A stretch of DNA of 64,000 bases, taken from the UHGV virus genome UHGV-0310767. One strand, 5' to 3'. Both the position numbers and the translations under genes were made by a program. Origin of the DNA: a virus. The notes beneath the pieces were generated by a model that made no database searches, was not told where the DNA came from, and worked only from the letters and a program-made list of their open reading frames with translations. Below are positions 49,527 to 59,907 of the stretch, one piece after another (position 1 is the stretch's first letter; the number at the start of each line of letters is the position of its first letter).

Positions 49527-51039
49527 TATTTATTATTGTCCTTTCTACACTCAATGGAGAATTGAATTGATTGGTACAAAATATATCTTCTGTTCTACCC
49601 GTTCCTAAGTCTATATACTGCCATACTTTAACACCTTGACCATACATAGAAAATCTGGTTTTATAATTATGAGTAATATGGGTAGGCCGCTTACATGTAC
49701 CAAATCCTTTACGATTTAATAATGTATCTACTAATTCCATTTCTTTAGGTCTTAAAGGAAGGATAATCCCTCCATCATCTAATTTAGTTTTAATCTGTTT
49801 TGAACCAAAAATACAATTTTCGTCAATAATATCATTGACAGATTCTTTTCCGTTAAGCTGAGTACCACTATAAGTTCCTATATCATATTCTTCTGATAAT
49901 GATTTAAGAACTTTTGCAATCTCAAACAATACCATATCTTGACGAATAGGTGTACTGACTCTTTGTTTGTATTCGCTACCAAATTCTGAGTTATCCCAAA
50001 TATAATCAAAGAAACAATATTTTGCACCCCATAAAAAACATTGCCTATAAATATCCTTTAACTTTGGCGTGGTAAAATCTGGCTGGTTAAAAATTTCAAT
50101 ATGAGATTCATATAAAATTTTTCCTGCTTCCAGTAATCTTTCTTTTTCTATTTTATTATAATTTCCATTAAGTATCCTATGATAAGGAATACCACTAATC
50201 CAAGAAATAAATTTAGGCTGTACCTCCGTTTTCTGTTGCATTTCTGTGTGAATCATAAAACCGTCACCATCACGATTAGGATTATCTACATATCTTTCTT
50301 CTTTGTAATCCCAATACTTAGTGGCGCATACGTTGCACAAATCTCCTATAGTTGTGGTTGTTTTGCCCCCTCCACTTCCACCAGACCTCAATAATAAATG
50401 TCCTTGTTGCCATCCTCGATAAAAAGTATTCATATAAGGAGATTGTAACATAGCACCCATAACAGGATTACTTTCAAATTCAAGTAATGTATTTTCCCAA
50501 TCAGCACCAGCCCTCATAGTTTCTTTACATAATTCTGTATCGTACTTCATGTTAAGCTTATCAGTTTTCTCACTAATTTTAGTCAACATTTTCTTTATAT
50601 CAAATAAATTAAGATTCTCTCTTTGACTTTCTTCTGTTTTATCTTCATCATAAAATGAAGTTATATCAATTCCTAAATCTTTGGCATCTCTCAATAAACT
50701 ATATTTTCTTACAATATTGTAATGCAATTCATAATTATCTGGATTTACCAATTGTTTTGCAGTTGATATAAAATCCAAATAATTATTATCCATACATACT
50801 TCTAATTGCGAAGGATAATTTTGTAAGAATTTATCCAATATTATTTCATCTATTTCTTCTGCGCCATTTTTAAACAACCATGCAATAGATTTAAATAATA
50901 TTTCATGAAATAGAATAGGTTTAAAATCATCTGAACAAATAGGAAATTTTCTACTTGTGACCAAAGAAGGATTTTGAAACAATATTCCTAATACCATAGA
51001 ACTGTCAGAAGCAGAATAAAGCATTATAAATCCTCCCAT
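49519..51039 (-). CDS. DnaB-like replicative DNA helicase (506 aa).
   Basis: Walker A LRSGGSGGGKTTTT in the C-terminal RecA-like domain. N-terminal helical domain. Length and position. Confidence 0.6.
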   Translation of the reverse strand: MGGFIMLYSASDSSMVLGILFQNPSLVTSRKFPICSDDFKPILFHEILFKSIAWLFKNGAEEIDEIILDKFLQNYPSQLEVCMDNNYLDFISTAKQLVNPDNYELHYNIVRKYSLLRDAKDLGIDITSFYDEDKTEESQRENLNLFDIKKMLTKISEKTDKLNMKYDTELCKETMRAGADWENTLLEFESNPVMGAMLQSPYMNTFYRGWQQGHLLLRSGGSGGGKTTTTIGDLCNVCATKYWDYKEERYVDNPNRDGDGFMIHTEMQQKTEVQPKFISWISGIPYHRILNGNYNKIEKERLLEAGKILYESHIEIFNQPDFTTPKLKDIYRQCFLWGAKYCFFDYIWDNSEFGSEYKQRVSTPIRQDMVLFEIAKVLKSLSEEYDIGTYSGTQLNGKESVNDIIDENCIFGSKQIKTKLDDGGIILPLRPKEMELVDTLLNRKGFGTCKRPTHITHNYKTRFSMYGQGVKVWQYIDLGTGRTEDIFCTNQFNSPLSVERTIINNE

Positions 51040-51686
51040 TTCTTTATTTCTTTTATTGGCTTCTTTTTTGTGATTTTTACTATTCTATCACCTTCTTCCA
51101 TAGTATTTACCATTTTTTGGATTTCTTGTTTTTCATAATAAAATTTCTTAGCTTCTTCATAATATCGAGGAAAGATTTGGCCTAAGCCATAATCTGGATT
51201 CCAAGAATTTTGTAAAGTTTCAAACCAATATTGAAGGGTTAAAACCATTCCTGTCCATTTAAAATTATACTTGTCATGGTACATTCCTGCCTGTCTTTGA
51301 ATGGAAGGATAATCACATTGTTTTACAGTAATATCAAAGTAAACATAATCTAAAAATGTTTCTTCCCAATAAGCTTCACTGCCTTTATATTTACTTTCAT
51401 ATTCTTGTTCTGAACAATAATAATATCTTTCTTTTACGGCAAAAGCTTTCTCTCTTGCAATTCTTTTACCGCAACAGCGGCAAGTTACTATGCCATCTGC
51501 CGCTGTGCTATTAATTTTTCTTCCTTTATTAGTTTGAAGTTCATTATTATAACAATCTTCATTGCAGTAATAACTTCTAGGTTTTGTAGGATGCGGAAAA
51601 GCCTGTATCTTATTTATTTTTTCTCCACAATACTTACATTTTACCTGTATCCCTTTTGATTGTTTAGGATTTAAATTATCTGCCAA
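51024..51686 (-). CDS. Cys-rich zinc-finger protein (220 aa).
   Basis: Repeated CxxC pairs (KCKYCGEK...C..C ; CRCCGKR...C). Confidence 0.4.
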   Translation of the reverse strand: MADNLNPKQSKGIQVKCKYCGEKINKIQAFPHPTKPRSYYCNEDCYNNELQTNKGRKINSTAADGIVTCRCCGKRIAREKAFAVKERYYYCSEQEYESKYKGSEAYWEETFLDYVYFDITVKQCDYPSIQRQAGMYHDKYNFKWTGMVLTLQYWFETLQNSWNPDYGLGQIFPRYYEEAKKFYYEKQEIQKMVNTMEEGDRIVKITKKKPIKEIKKWEDL

Positions 51687-51739
51687 CTTTCCACCTCCTT
51701 AATAATTATTATATCATTTCATTTATCTTTTGTCAATAT

Positions 51740-51970
51740 AAAGTTAATGGATTCTTATAAGAACTAAACCAGTTCCACCACTACCTCCCATTCCTTCGGC
51801 TCTACCACCACTGGATGAAGTACGAGAGCCGCCACCGCCCCCACCTCCACCGCCGCCTGTGTTAGCCGCGCCAGCAGTTCCAGAAGAAGCCCCACTACCA
51901 CTACTTCCTGTACCACCTCTACCGCCACCGCCAGAGCCACCGGTTGACCAGTATAGCTTTTATATGACGG
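51740..51970 (-). pseudogene. Remnant of a glycine-rich tail-fibre paralog: C-terminal fragment only, frameshifted.
   Basis: The minus strand encodes ...WSTGGSGGGGRGGTGSSGSGASSGTAGAANTGGGGGGGGGSRTSSSGGRAEGMGGSGGTGLVLIRIH*, matching the family C-terminus (GSGVILIRIK). An upstream stop and frame change mean no intact N-terminal domain. Confidence 0.6.
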
Positions 51971-52141
51971 TGAACTTCCAGCATTGAAGTCAAATCCGAT
52001 TATTGAAGGAACCCTCATGTTCCACACTACTTTACAGCAGTATTCTCCTTATACCAGGTACAGAGGGTGACTTAATCAGGAATTTTCAACTTCTGCCCAG
52101 CATAGATGATAGTACCCTTGATGCCGTTCAGGTTGGCAATC

Positions 52142-53526
52142 TCAGGCCAGCGCTTTCTGTTTCAAAGCAGTAACCTTGTTCTTTGTCGGTATCATTTGCG
52201 AAAACACCTTCATAAGAACTTGTTTTACAATACTGTTACCAGCTTGCTTATAGAGTTGGGTGTTGCTGTTCACAGAAGCAGCTTTCCAGTAATCTTCATC
52301 TGTGAAACCCATCAACCTCCAACACTCAAGTGGTGTCAGCTTACGAATACGAATGAGATACAATTCTCCGTTAATCTCATAGATGAATTTGTGAAACTGC
52401 TCTGGAATTTCGTTTGCAAGTCTGCTTTCTAACAGAAAGTTATCCTTCTGTACAGTAGTTATAGTGTTGCAAACACCATCTAATCTAGGTTCGGCTTCTC
52501 TGTGTTCGTTATAGCCGTGGTGTACTTCTCCGGCTTCATACGCTTTTCTAAGACGTTTTCCTTTTCTTGTAGAACTTGAACCACAGTTTGATGTTAGAGT
52601 GGTCATTGTTTTCTGGTCTCTATGAAACCCAATTCTCTTACATTCAATGGCTGCATTGCTACCGTAGTTGCTGAGTCCCTTGTAATCTCTGGACAAGAGT
52701 GTGGCTGCAACATCTGTTTGTCTTGCATCAGGTGTTCTGGCTTCATCGGAACTTCCGCAGTTACGCAAGATGATACCATCCCCCCCTGTTCAAGGAACGG
52801 AACTATCTTCCCAGAGAATACCAGCTTATCAACAAGGTCTTTGGCTTTTTCGGATGTAAGATAGTATTTGTCCTCAACCTGAGGTTCAAGGAAATCAGCC
52901 ATAACAGTTGTGAGAGGTTCAATCTCCGGGAAAATGAACTCATAATCCCCTAAAATGCTTACTGCAATACAGCGATTTCTTGATTGGGGTATTCCATAGT
53001 TCATTGCGTTAAGGTCTTGCCAGAAAGTCTTATATCCTCTTGACTCAAGGTAATTAAGCCAGTTTTCAAAGTCTGGCATATTCTTCTTAGAGTGAACTTG
53101 AGGAACATTTTCCATAACCAGAACTTGCGGTAATTGCTCAGTTTCGTTAAGCAAACGCTCAACTTCCCACAAAAGACCAGAGCGTGTACCACTGTCTTTT
53201 CTCATACCTTTTCCCTTGCCAGCCACAGACAAATCTTGACAAGGAAAAGAATATATAAGCAAGTAAGTATAACGGTCTGTGTCAACAATACCAAGGTCTG
53301 CCCCTGATATTTTTGTAATATCCATCGTTGGAAAGTTGGTTCCATGAATTGCGTTGTAGCTTGCAACCGGGTACTTATCGAACTCAACCACACGGTAGTG
53401 TTCAAAATCTACCCCTATGTCACGCAATGCCATAGCTTGACTACCTACACCTGCGAACAGTTCAATAAGTCGAATAGGCTTATCAATCTCATATTTCATT
53501 AGTGCATCCTCCTCCTTCTTCCTCAC
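52142..53526 (-). CDS. DNA (cytosine-5)-methyltransferase, split into two overlapping ORFs by a G7 tract (+ strand C7 at 52780-52786). G6 (or G9) gives a full-length enzyme.
   Basis: N-terminal ORF: LFAGVGS (motif I), PCQDLSVAG (motif IV), ENV (VI), QSRNRCIAV (VIII). C-terminal ORF: TLLSRDYKG (TLTAR-like) and LYKQAGNSIV (motif X). The frames join as ...FLEQGGDGIILRNCGSS with one G fewer. Confidence 0.75.
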
Positions 53527-53693
53527 ACCCCATAAAGGGGTGTGATTTTAGATTTTGAAAGCGGGACGCACACCGGCAGAGAGAGAAGCGGTTTAGTACT
53601 GCCATAATTTAACCAATTCCTTTCTTTATTTTTTTGATTGACAAGTTACATTTTATAAAAATAATCCCTCCACCAAACGGCAGAGAGATTAAT

Positions 53694-54032
53694 CTATCTC
53701 AACACGATTGGAGATATAACATCAGGCGCAAATTCATCAAAGAAAGTGACTCCAATTATTTTGATATGCTCACAAGTTTTAAGAACTAAAACATCGTCAT
53801 AAGCATCCAAATAATATTTGAATTTTTCTTCCATGTTTTCTGCCATATTAATTATAATCTCAGGTTTTTTTAATCTATCGTCTTTTATAATAACAGCAAT
53901 AAACTTATAATCATTTTCCATTGCTATTAAAAAATAATTGACGAAAGATTCTCGGCTAATGTATGGATTAGCTACATTACTTTTTTTCTTTGGTTTTGGT
54001 TTACGATAAGGATAATAACCACTTACTCCCAT
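53694..54032 (-). CDS. Hypothetical protein (112 aa)
   Basis: ORF only. Confidence 0.3.
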   Translation of the reverse strand: MGVSGYYPYRKPKPKKKSNVANPYISRESFVNYFLIAMENDYKFIAVIIKDDRLKKPEIIINMAENMEEKFKYYLDAYDDVLVLKTCEHIKIIGVTFFDEFAPDVISPIVLR

Positions 54033-55075
54033 TATTCATCCTCCACTACAATTCCTCTGTCACAAGCAAAATCCACCAAAGTATTATAAATACTTTCCAG
54101 ACAAGAAACTTCTTCGTCCGTGGCAGATGTTACAGTACGATTTTTACCTAACTGTCCATAAACCACATCATTTACAAAATCTGGATAAGGTTTATATAAT
54201 CTAGCGATATAAGGTTTGATTAATTCAATCCAATCCTCTTTTGTATGTGCTGTATCTGTCACAGAAAATGTAGTTAATCCAACATTTTCATCTTCCGCTG
54301 ATTTAATAATAGCTTTTTCCATAGCTTCACACATATTAGCCGCTGTAAATGGGTCAATATAAGTCTGCATTGCATAACGGCTTCTTGCGAATACATGAGA
54401 TGTTTCTTTACAAATTCCAGTAGACTTAATAGTCATATTTGTTTCTGGGTCAACACCATTTGCCTTTGTATAAATAGTGAAATCACAAATATCACGTATC
54501 ATACGCATAGAAGATTTTTCATTTCCACTTCCTTTTGGCTGTAAATAAGGAATAATTTCACCTGTTAATTCATTGAAATGCTTTTCATCTAATTCCTCAT
54601 GAGCTATAAAAATAATAAAATAACCCATAGACGTAAGTTTATTAATCTGTGTAGCGAACTGCCGTCTGGCTATTTTATAACCATTTGCTTTACCTTCAAT
54701 TTCAGATAAATCTCTTACTCCAAAAGTTTTACATACTGACTGTTCACAAAGGTCAACAAGATTTTCTGCTGTATCAATTACAATTGTAAAGAATTTTTCT
54801 GACATTTCCTGATAAGTGGAAGGATTAGTTAGCAAAGATACATAATTTATAAAATCAGCCCATAAATTAACTGGCTTTTTATACCCTCTAATTCCATTTC
54901 CACCAGATTCAGTCATTAAGAGTAAGGCTCTATCACACTTCATGGCCTGGAAGGTTTTGCCTGTAGAATTTTTGCCATAAATTAAAACTTTTTGTCCTGC
55001 TAACCCACCAACCATATCCTCAATCTCTAAATCTAATAATGGATTTGATTTCTTTTTCTCAGTTTTTTCTGACAT
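54032..55075 (-). CDS. P-loop ATPase (RecA/AAA-like; candidate recombination or replication initiation ATPase).
   Basis: Walker A IYGKNSTGKT. Walker B-like hydrophobic stretch followed by D/E (FIIFIAHEELDE). Confidence 0.5.
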   Translation of the reverse strand: MSEKTEKKKSNPLLDLEIEDMVGGLAGQKVLIYGKNSTGKTFQAMKCDRALLLMTESGGNGIRGYKKPVNLWADFINYVSLLTNPSTYQEMSEKFFTIVIDTAENLVDLCEQSVCKTFGVRDLSEIEGKANGYKIARRQFATQINKLTSMGYFIIFIAHEELDEKHFNELTGEIIPYLQPKGSGNEKSSMRMIRDICDFTIYTKANGVDPETNMTIKSTGICKETSHVFARSRYAMQTYIDPFTAANMCEAMEKAIIKSAEDENVGLTTFSVTDTAHTKEDWIELIKPYIARLYKPYPDFVNDVVYGQLGKNRTVTSATDEEVSCLESIYNTLVDFACDRGIVVEDE

Positions 55076-55227
55076 TTTATATTACCTTTCTTATTTTTAT
55101 GATGATGAAGTTAAATTATTAAATGTTACAAGACAGTAGAGAGGTTTTAAGTTAATAGGCTACCCAATTCCCCACCTCTTACATTAAAACCTCTCCTATA
55201 CCCTTTGTAACGTTTTTTAGCCTATGT

Positions 55228-56253
55228 TTAGAATGGCGCACCCTCCATGCCAGACATTGAGGCTACATTCGGCTTTCTGTTTCCTAATCCCTTAGACTTC
55301 CCGGCTTTAGAAGCAGGGGCCGCATTAGCAGTTGAACCATCTTTTGCTTTATCTTCAAGAACCTTAAGCTTCATTTCTCTTTCAACCATAAGAGATTTCA
55401 TAATATCTGGCGTGAAAGGCTTTTTCTTTTCATCTTCTGTATCTTCATCATAGGCAGGTTCTCCACCTATAACAAGCAGTTCTAAAATCTCAAACCCTTC
55501 ATTAGTATTGGCTTTTCTACCAAAGCCGCCTTTTTTCTGCTTCTGTCCTCCTATACGATGCATATTAAGTTCTACACCCAAACAGCACGTATCTCCTGGC
55601 GCATATCCTGGAACCTGTTCACCTGTAATTTCATCTACATAGCCATCGACAAATGCTTCGGCTAAATCTTCTGGAACAATCAGAGTGAAAGGTTCTGCTT
55701 CTCCACGGAAATTGATGGTAATAAATTCCACCATGTAGCGGCCTGTTTCTTCTGGTTCATCACTTTCATTTTTAGGAGGAATTGTTTCAGCCTTAATACT
55801 TCTGATTACTCCTTCTAACTGGAAGTCTGTCTGAGATTCCTTATCTGCATTTTCACGGTTCACCTTAATGATTCTTACCTGTGGGGAAGATACCATTTTT
55901 CCTGAGTTCTGATTGTATCTGTCCCAGCAACCTAAGTTTACAGTTGCGCTTATAACATCAGGAGTTAAATCTTTGTTCTTTGCCGCATCTGCCGCTGAAA
56001 CATAAGAATTATGCAATGTTTCCATGTTTGCATAAAGTTTTGCTTTATCTCCTTTTCTGTTATATTCTGACTGATTGATTCTCAAATTGTAATCTCCATT
56101 CTTTGTAGAAATTACAATGTTGCCCTGTACCGCATTACAGGTCATTTTTGTGCCGTCCTCTTTTTCAATTTCCACCTGTTTGATTTCTGTAGATTTCTCA
56201 GACAGAACGCCGATGATAAGTCCATTATTGATTGTCGCTCTTACATTTTCCAT
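55228..56253 (-). CDS. Hypothetical replication/recombination-module protein (341 aa) ending in ...SGMEGAPF, an SSB-like C-terminal tail.
   Basis: ORF. C-terminal Gly/Lys-rich disordered tail ending in APF, resembling the SSB-tip motif (D-I-P-F). Confidence 0.35.
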   Translation of the reverse strand: MENVRATINNGLIIGVLSEKSTEIKQVEIEKEDGTKMTCNAVQGNIVISTKNGDYNLRINQSEYNRKGDKAKLYANMETLHNSYVSAADAAKNKDLTPDVISATVNLGCWDRYNQNSGKMVSSPQVRIIKVNRENADKESQTDFQLEGVIRSIKAETIPPKNESDEPEETGRYMVEFITINFRGEAEPFTLIVPEDLAEAFVDGYVDEITGEQVPGYAPGDTCCLGVELNMHRIGGQKQKKGGFGRKANTNEGFEILELLVIGGEPAYDEDTEDEKKKPFTPDIMKSLMVEREMKLKVLEDKAKDGSTANAAPASKAGKSKGLGNRKPNVASMSGMEGAPF

Positions 56254-56294
56254 TTAATATCTCCTTATTTTAAAAATTAATTTTAATTATTTTT

Positions 56295-56579
56295 TTACTG
56301 ATTGGACTTTTTACCCTTAAGGTAAAGATTACGTGTTCCTTCTTCCAGCATACCTTTTTTATCAAGTTCTGCTGAACAAAATGCTTCAATGTCTGCAATA
56401 GTCTTTCCTGCCGTAATTAAATCTTTTACAGTCTGAATGGCAGAATAGTAACTTGACAAAGCCGCATTAATAGCTATTGTTTTTTCACTTTCTTTAATTC
56501 CATTCATCATATAAGCTTTTTTAGTTTTAAAAGCTTTACTATTGCGATTGAAAACTTTTTTTGCTGGTGCACCACCCAT
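56295..56579 (-). CDS. Hypothetical protein (94 aa)
   Basis: ORF only. Confidence 0.3.
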   Translation of the reverse strand: MGGAPAKKVFNRNSKAFKTKKAYMMNGIKESEKTIAINAALSSYYSAIQTVKDLITAGKTIADIEAFCSAELDKKGMLEEGTRNLYLKGKKSNQ

Positions 56580-56639
56580 TTATAAACCTCCTTCTCTGAA
56601 TTAAATTGTTATTGTTTCTATATCATACAACAATTTAAT

Positions 56640-56876
56640 TTAATTGTCAAGAAGTTTCTGAAAATTTTCATAAAATTCTTTTGTTTCTTCATCCGAACAA
56701 TGAAAAGTAACTACTAATTCCCTTGATAAATCCAAAGAGAATATTCCCATTATAGATTTTGCATCTATTGTGTAATGATTTAAAGAAATATCTATATCAT
56801 AGTTCTGTTGAGAAGTAAATTCAACAAAAGCTTTTACTTCTTCTGGCGTATGAAAATGGATTTTATATTTTGTCAT
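56640..56876 (-). CDS. Hypothetical protein (78 aa)
   Basis: ORF only. Confidence 0.3.
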   Translation of the reverse strand: MTKYKIHFHTPEEVKAFVEFTSQQNYDIDISLNHYTIDAKSIMGIFSLDLSRELVVTFHCSDEETKEFYENFQKLLDN

Positions 56877-56888
56877 ATATTTCCTTTC

Positions 56889-57335
56889 TTATTTTGTGCT
56901 GAACCAATGATTACCTAATTTGGTAAAATTGCGTCCATTGGATTTTCCTACAGAAAAATAAACATAATTAGTGGAGAAAATAGTTGGCCCATTTTCTACC
57001 ACATATTTTACCGCTTCATAATTTTCTTCATTAGGAACAGTACCTTTGAGTTTACTTGCTGTAGAAAATTGTCTCTTTTCGTATATAACGTCATAAACAG
57101 TATCTTCAAAATCACTGTCTAAAACTCGATTCAATACAACTTCTACTACTGCTTTTTGTCCATCTAGAGATTCGCCCCTAGCTTCATGGAAAACCAGAGC
57201 GGCAAGAAGGTCTATATCATCCTCTGAAATGGATATAGTTTCATAGGGGTTTGTAGTTTCTGCTTTTGCTATGTTTGTAAACATTAATGAAAAACTTAAT
57301 GCTAACAAACATATAATTGATTTTATTCCTTTCAT
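56889..57335 (-). CDS. Secreted SleB-like cell wall hydrolase (Hydrolase_2 domain) with a signal peptide.
   Basis: N-terminal signal peptide MKGIKSIICLLALSFSLMFTNIAKA. ALVFHEARGESLDGQKAVVEVVLNRVLDSDFEDTVYDVIYEKRQFS matches the SleB/CwlJ conserved core. Confidence 0.65.
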   Translation of the reverse strand: MKGIKSIICLLALSFSLMFTNIAKAETTNPYETISISEDDIDLLAALVFHEARGESLDGQKAVVEVVLNRVLDSDFEDTVYDVIYEKRQFSTASKLKGTVPNEENYEAVKYVVENGPTIFSTNYVYFSVGKSNGRNFTKLGNHWFSTK

Positions 57336-57587
57336 TTATACCTCCGTATTTTTTTATTTTTATCTTAGAACATTCAATTTAACCACCTTCTTTCTTATTC
57401 TTATTTGAAAATATTCCTGGTTCATATTGTCTGGCACATCTCATAGCCATTACATATTGACATTTATGAATACTTTCCATAAAATCTTTTTGTTCATTAG
57501 GATGTTGGGAATCTAGTTCTAAAAATAAATTCCAACATCTAGTTAATAGTGTCATTACCATTATTTCTTTTATTTTCATTTTTCCTC

Positions 57588-58406
57588 CTATGCTAACTGC
57601 ATATTAAGCATTACATTTTTCACAGTTTCTTCTGTATTATGAGAATATCTCTGAGTAGTAGAGATATCAGAATGACAAATTACATCTTTAGCAATATTGA
57701 TTCCATACTCATTACATATCTCACTAACATAAGTATGTCTTAAAGTATGATTACTAATATGTTCTTCAATATCTGCTTTTTCTGCAACCTTACGTAACAT
57801 TTTAGAAATACAATCCCTTCTCATTGGGGTGCCATGATTACTAACAAATAAGTTAGGGATTCCTGAATTTTTACGTACTTTTATATATTCGTCTACAATT
57901 TTCCTACATTCTTCATTAAAGTATATTTTTCTCTCCCTATCCCCTTTAATTTTAATGGTTACAGTTTGAGAATTATACTGCTCTAAACTTAAATTAATAA
58001 GTTCACTAACACGCATACCCGTAGAAAGATATATAGCAATAATAGCTTTATCTCTAGGATTGCTGGCTTCTGTTAATAAGTTTTTAGCTTCCTTCATAGG
58101 AACATAGTCTTTCTTTTTATTCTTAATTGTTGGAGATTTTATTGTTGTTGCTGGGTTTAATGTCATAGTACCAACCTTACATAAAAAGTCATAGTAACTT
58201 TTTATAGCTGTAAGCTTTCTAGCGATTGTAGCACTGGCGTACCCTCTTTTAACCATCTCTGATTTCCAGTCATAAACTTCTCCATATGTAATTTTTGTTT
58301 CTTCTGTATTTACAAAATCAAAAAATTGATTAATGTCACTTTCGTAAGAAATTCTAGTATCTTCACTTTCAAACCCACCTAAAAATCTTTTAATATTGTT
58401 ATTCAT
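57588..58406 (-). CDS. Small tyrosine site-specific recombinase (XerC/D-like or invertase-like; 272 aa).
   Basis: Box I TGMRVSEL (catalytic Arg). Box II HTLRHTYVSE (HxxR). Tyr in STTQRYSH. No N-terminal arm-binding domain. Confidence 0.75.
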   Translation of the reverse strand: MNNNIKRFLGGFESEDTRISYESDINQFFDFVNTEETKITYGEVYDWKSEMVKRGYASATIARKLTAIKSYYDFLCKVGTMTLNPATTIKSPTIKNKKKDYVPMKEAKNLLTEASNPRDKAIIAIYLSTGMRVSELINLSLEQYNSQTVTIKIKGDRERKIYFNEECRKIVDEYIKVRKNSGIPNLFVSNHGTPMRRDCISKMLRKVAEKADIEEHISNHTLRHTYVSEICNEYGINIAKDVICHSDISTTQRYSHNTEETVKNVMLNMQLA

Positions 58407-58824
58407 AAGTATTACCTCCTTTATTTATATATTTATATTATCATACTTTCTTTAAAAAGTCAATAGTTTTCATCATAATTTTATAAAAGCACCCTTATGA
58501 GGTGCTTTCTTTTTCTGCCTGTATCATATTTCTATTTTTAAATTCTATATAATCTAAGACTTCTACGTCTTTATCTTCATTGATAGAGTACTGTATTTTA
58601 GGAATCTCCATACGACATTTCATAGGAACGGTTTTATTTCTTATCTGTTTTATTAATTGTTTAAAAGTTCTTTTTAAAATTTCTTCTGAGCCTACTCTTT
58701 TTTCTCTATGGACTATTGTGTCCCCTGTCCATATGATAAATTCCACTTCATATTCTATAAAAATATTTCCAAAATTCATTCGTATCCAATCTTCCATATT
58801 AATGTTTGTATACATATAGTTCTC

Positions 58825-59316
58825 CTATATCTCTAAATAATTTTCCCAATAATAATCCAGGTAATCATCCTGGTATACTTCTTTAACCTCCCTATCAGTA
58901 TAATCATAACTAAAGTTGACAAAGATATTATCTTTTTTCTGTAGCCAATACACCTCAACAATATTTCTAACTTGTGGTCTATCTATTTTAAAATAGTCAG
59001 CCATCATATCAAAAATTTGTTCAGCTTCATACTGCGTTTGAGCCGCAATTACACATTTCTTTTTGTTTTTGGTTCTATGTCCGCATTCAACATACGTATA
59101 ATAAAATGTATATAAGGTGAAACTAGGATTCTTTTTATCCTCTTGTTCATCCAAAATTGCTCTTTGTCTTTGTTTCCACCTTTCATATTCATCTGAACTA
59201 CCAAAATTCAAAGGCTTTTTTCTTATATAACTTTTTCTTGATTTACCACTCATATTTTTCTCCTTTCTTATTATGTAAATAAAGGGGATACTCACACTGG
59301 CAAGCACCCCCTCCAT
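58825..59316 (-). CDS. Hypothetical protein (163 aa)
   Basis: ORF only. Confidence 0.35.
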   Translation of the reverse strand: MEGVLASVSIPFIYIIRKEKNMSGKSRKSYIRKKPLNFGSSDEYERWKQRQRAILDEQEDKKNPSFTLYTFYYTYVECGHRTKNKKKCVIAAQTQYEAEQIFDMMADYFKIDRPQVRNIVEVYWLQKKDNIFVNFSYDYTDREVKEVYQDDYLDYYWENYLEI

Positions 59317-59454
59317 TTTAGCATATATGACTGAATCCCTTATTGGGCGATTTGTTTTTCAACAATTGATTTTACATTCTTTTTTAAGGAGCCAGGATAT
59401 CCTTTTGCGCGCGCGGCTCCGGACTCCTTTCTTAGTTTTCAAAAAAATCTCAGT

Positions 59455-59907
59455 TTACTTGATAAACACCAGCCATCTGGTTTTTCCTCTTTGGTCCCCT
59501 AAAAGCGGCTTTTTAGCAAAACATTTTAATACTTCTGTTAATTTTATCTGGTTCTCACTCCATTTAAAAATCAGCAGCCCATCCGATTCTAAAACTCTCA
59601 TGCACTCATTAAAACCTTGTTTCAGATACTCTGGCCAAGCCGCTGGCAGAATACCGTACTTACTGTCCAACCAGCTACCGGTTCCGGCATGGATAAGGTG
59701 CGGTGGGTCAAACACAACCACCTTAAATGTATTGTCATGATACGGCATTTCCCGAAAATCCATTTGCACATCTGGTTTAATCAGCAGTGTGCGCCCATCA
59801 CATAGTGTCGTTTCCAGCTCCCTGTTGTCGGCATATATTACCTCTGGATTCTGCCTGTCGAAATAAAACATTCGGCTGCCGCAACATGCATCTAAAATTC
59901 TTTTCAT
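59455..59907 (-). CDS. Small DNA methyltransferase (amino-MTase, DPPH motif; 150 aa) in a GC-rich island.
   Basis: ILDACCGSRMF (motif I-like) and VVFDPPHL (DPPY/H motif IV). Local GC is clearly higher than the surroundings (e.g. gcgcgcgcggctccggactcc). Confidence 0.55.
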   Translation of the reverse strand: MKRILDACCGSRMFYFDRQNPEVIYADNRELETTLCDGRTLLIKPDVQMDFREMPYHDNTFKVVVFDPPHLIHAGTGSWLDSKYGILPAAWPEYLKQGFNECMRVLESDGLLIFKWSENQIKLTEVLKCFAKKPLLGDQRGKTRWLVFIK

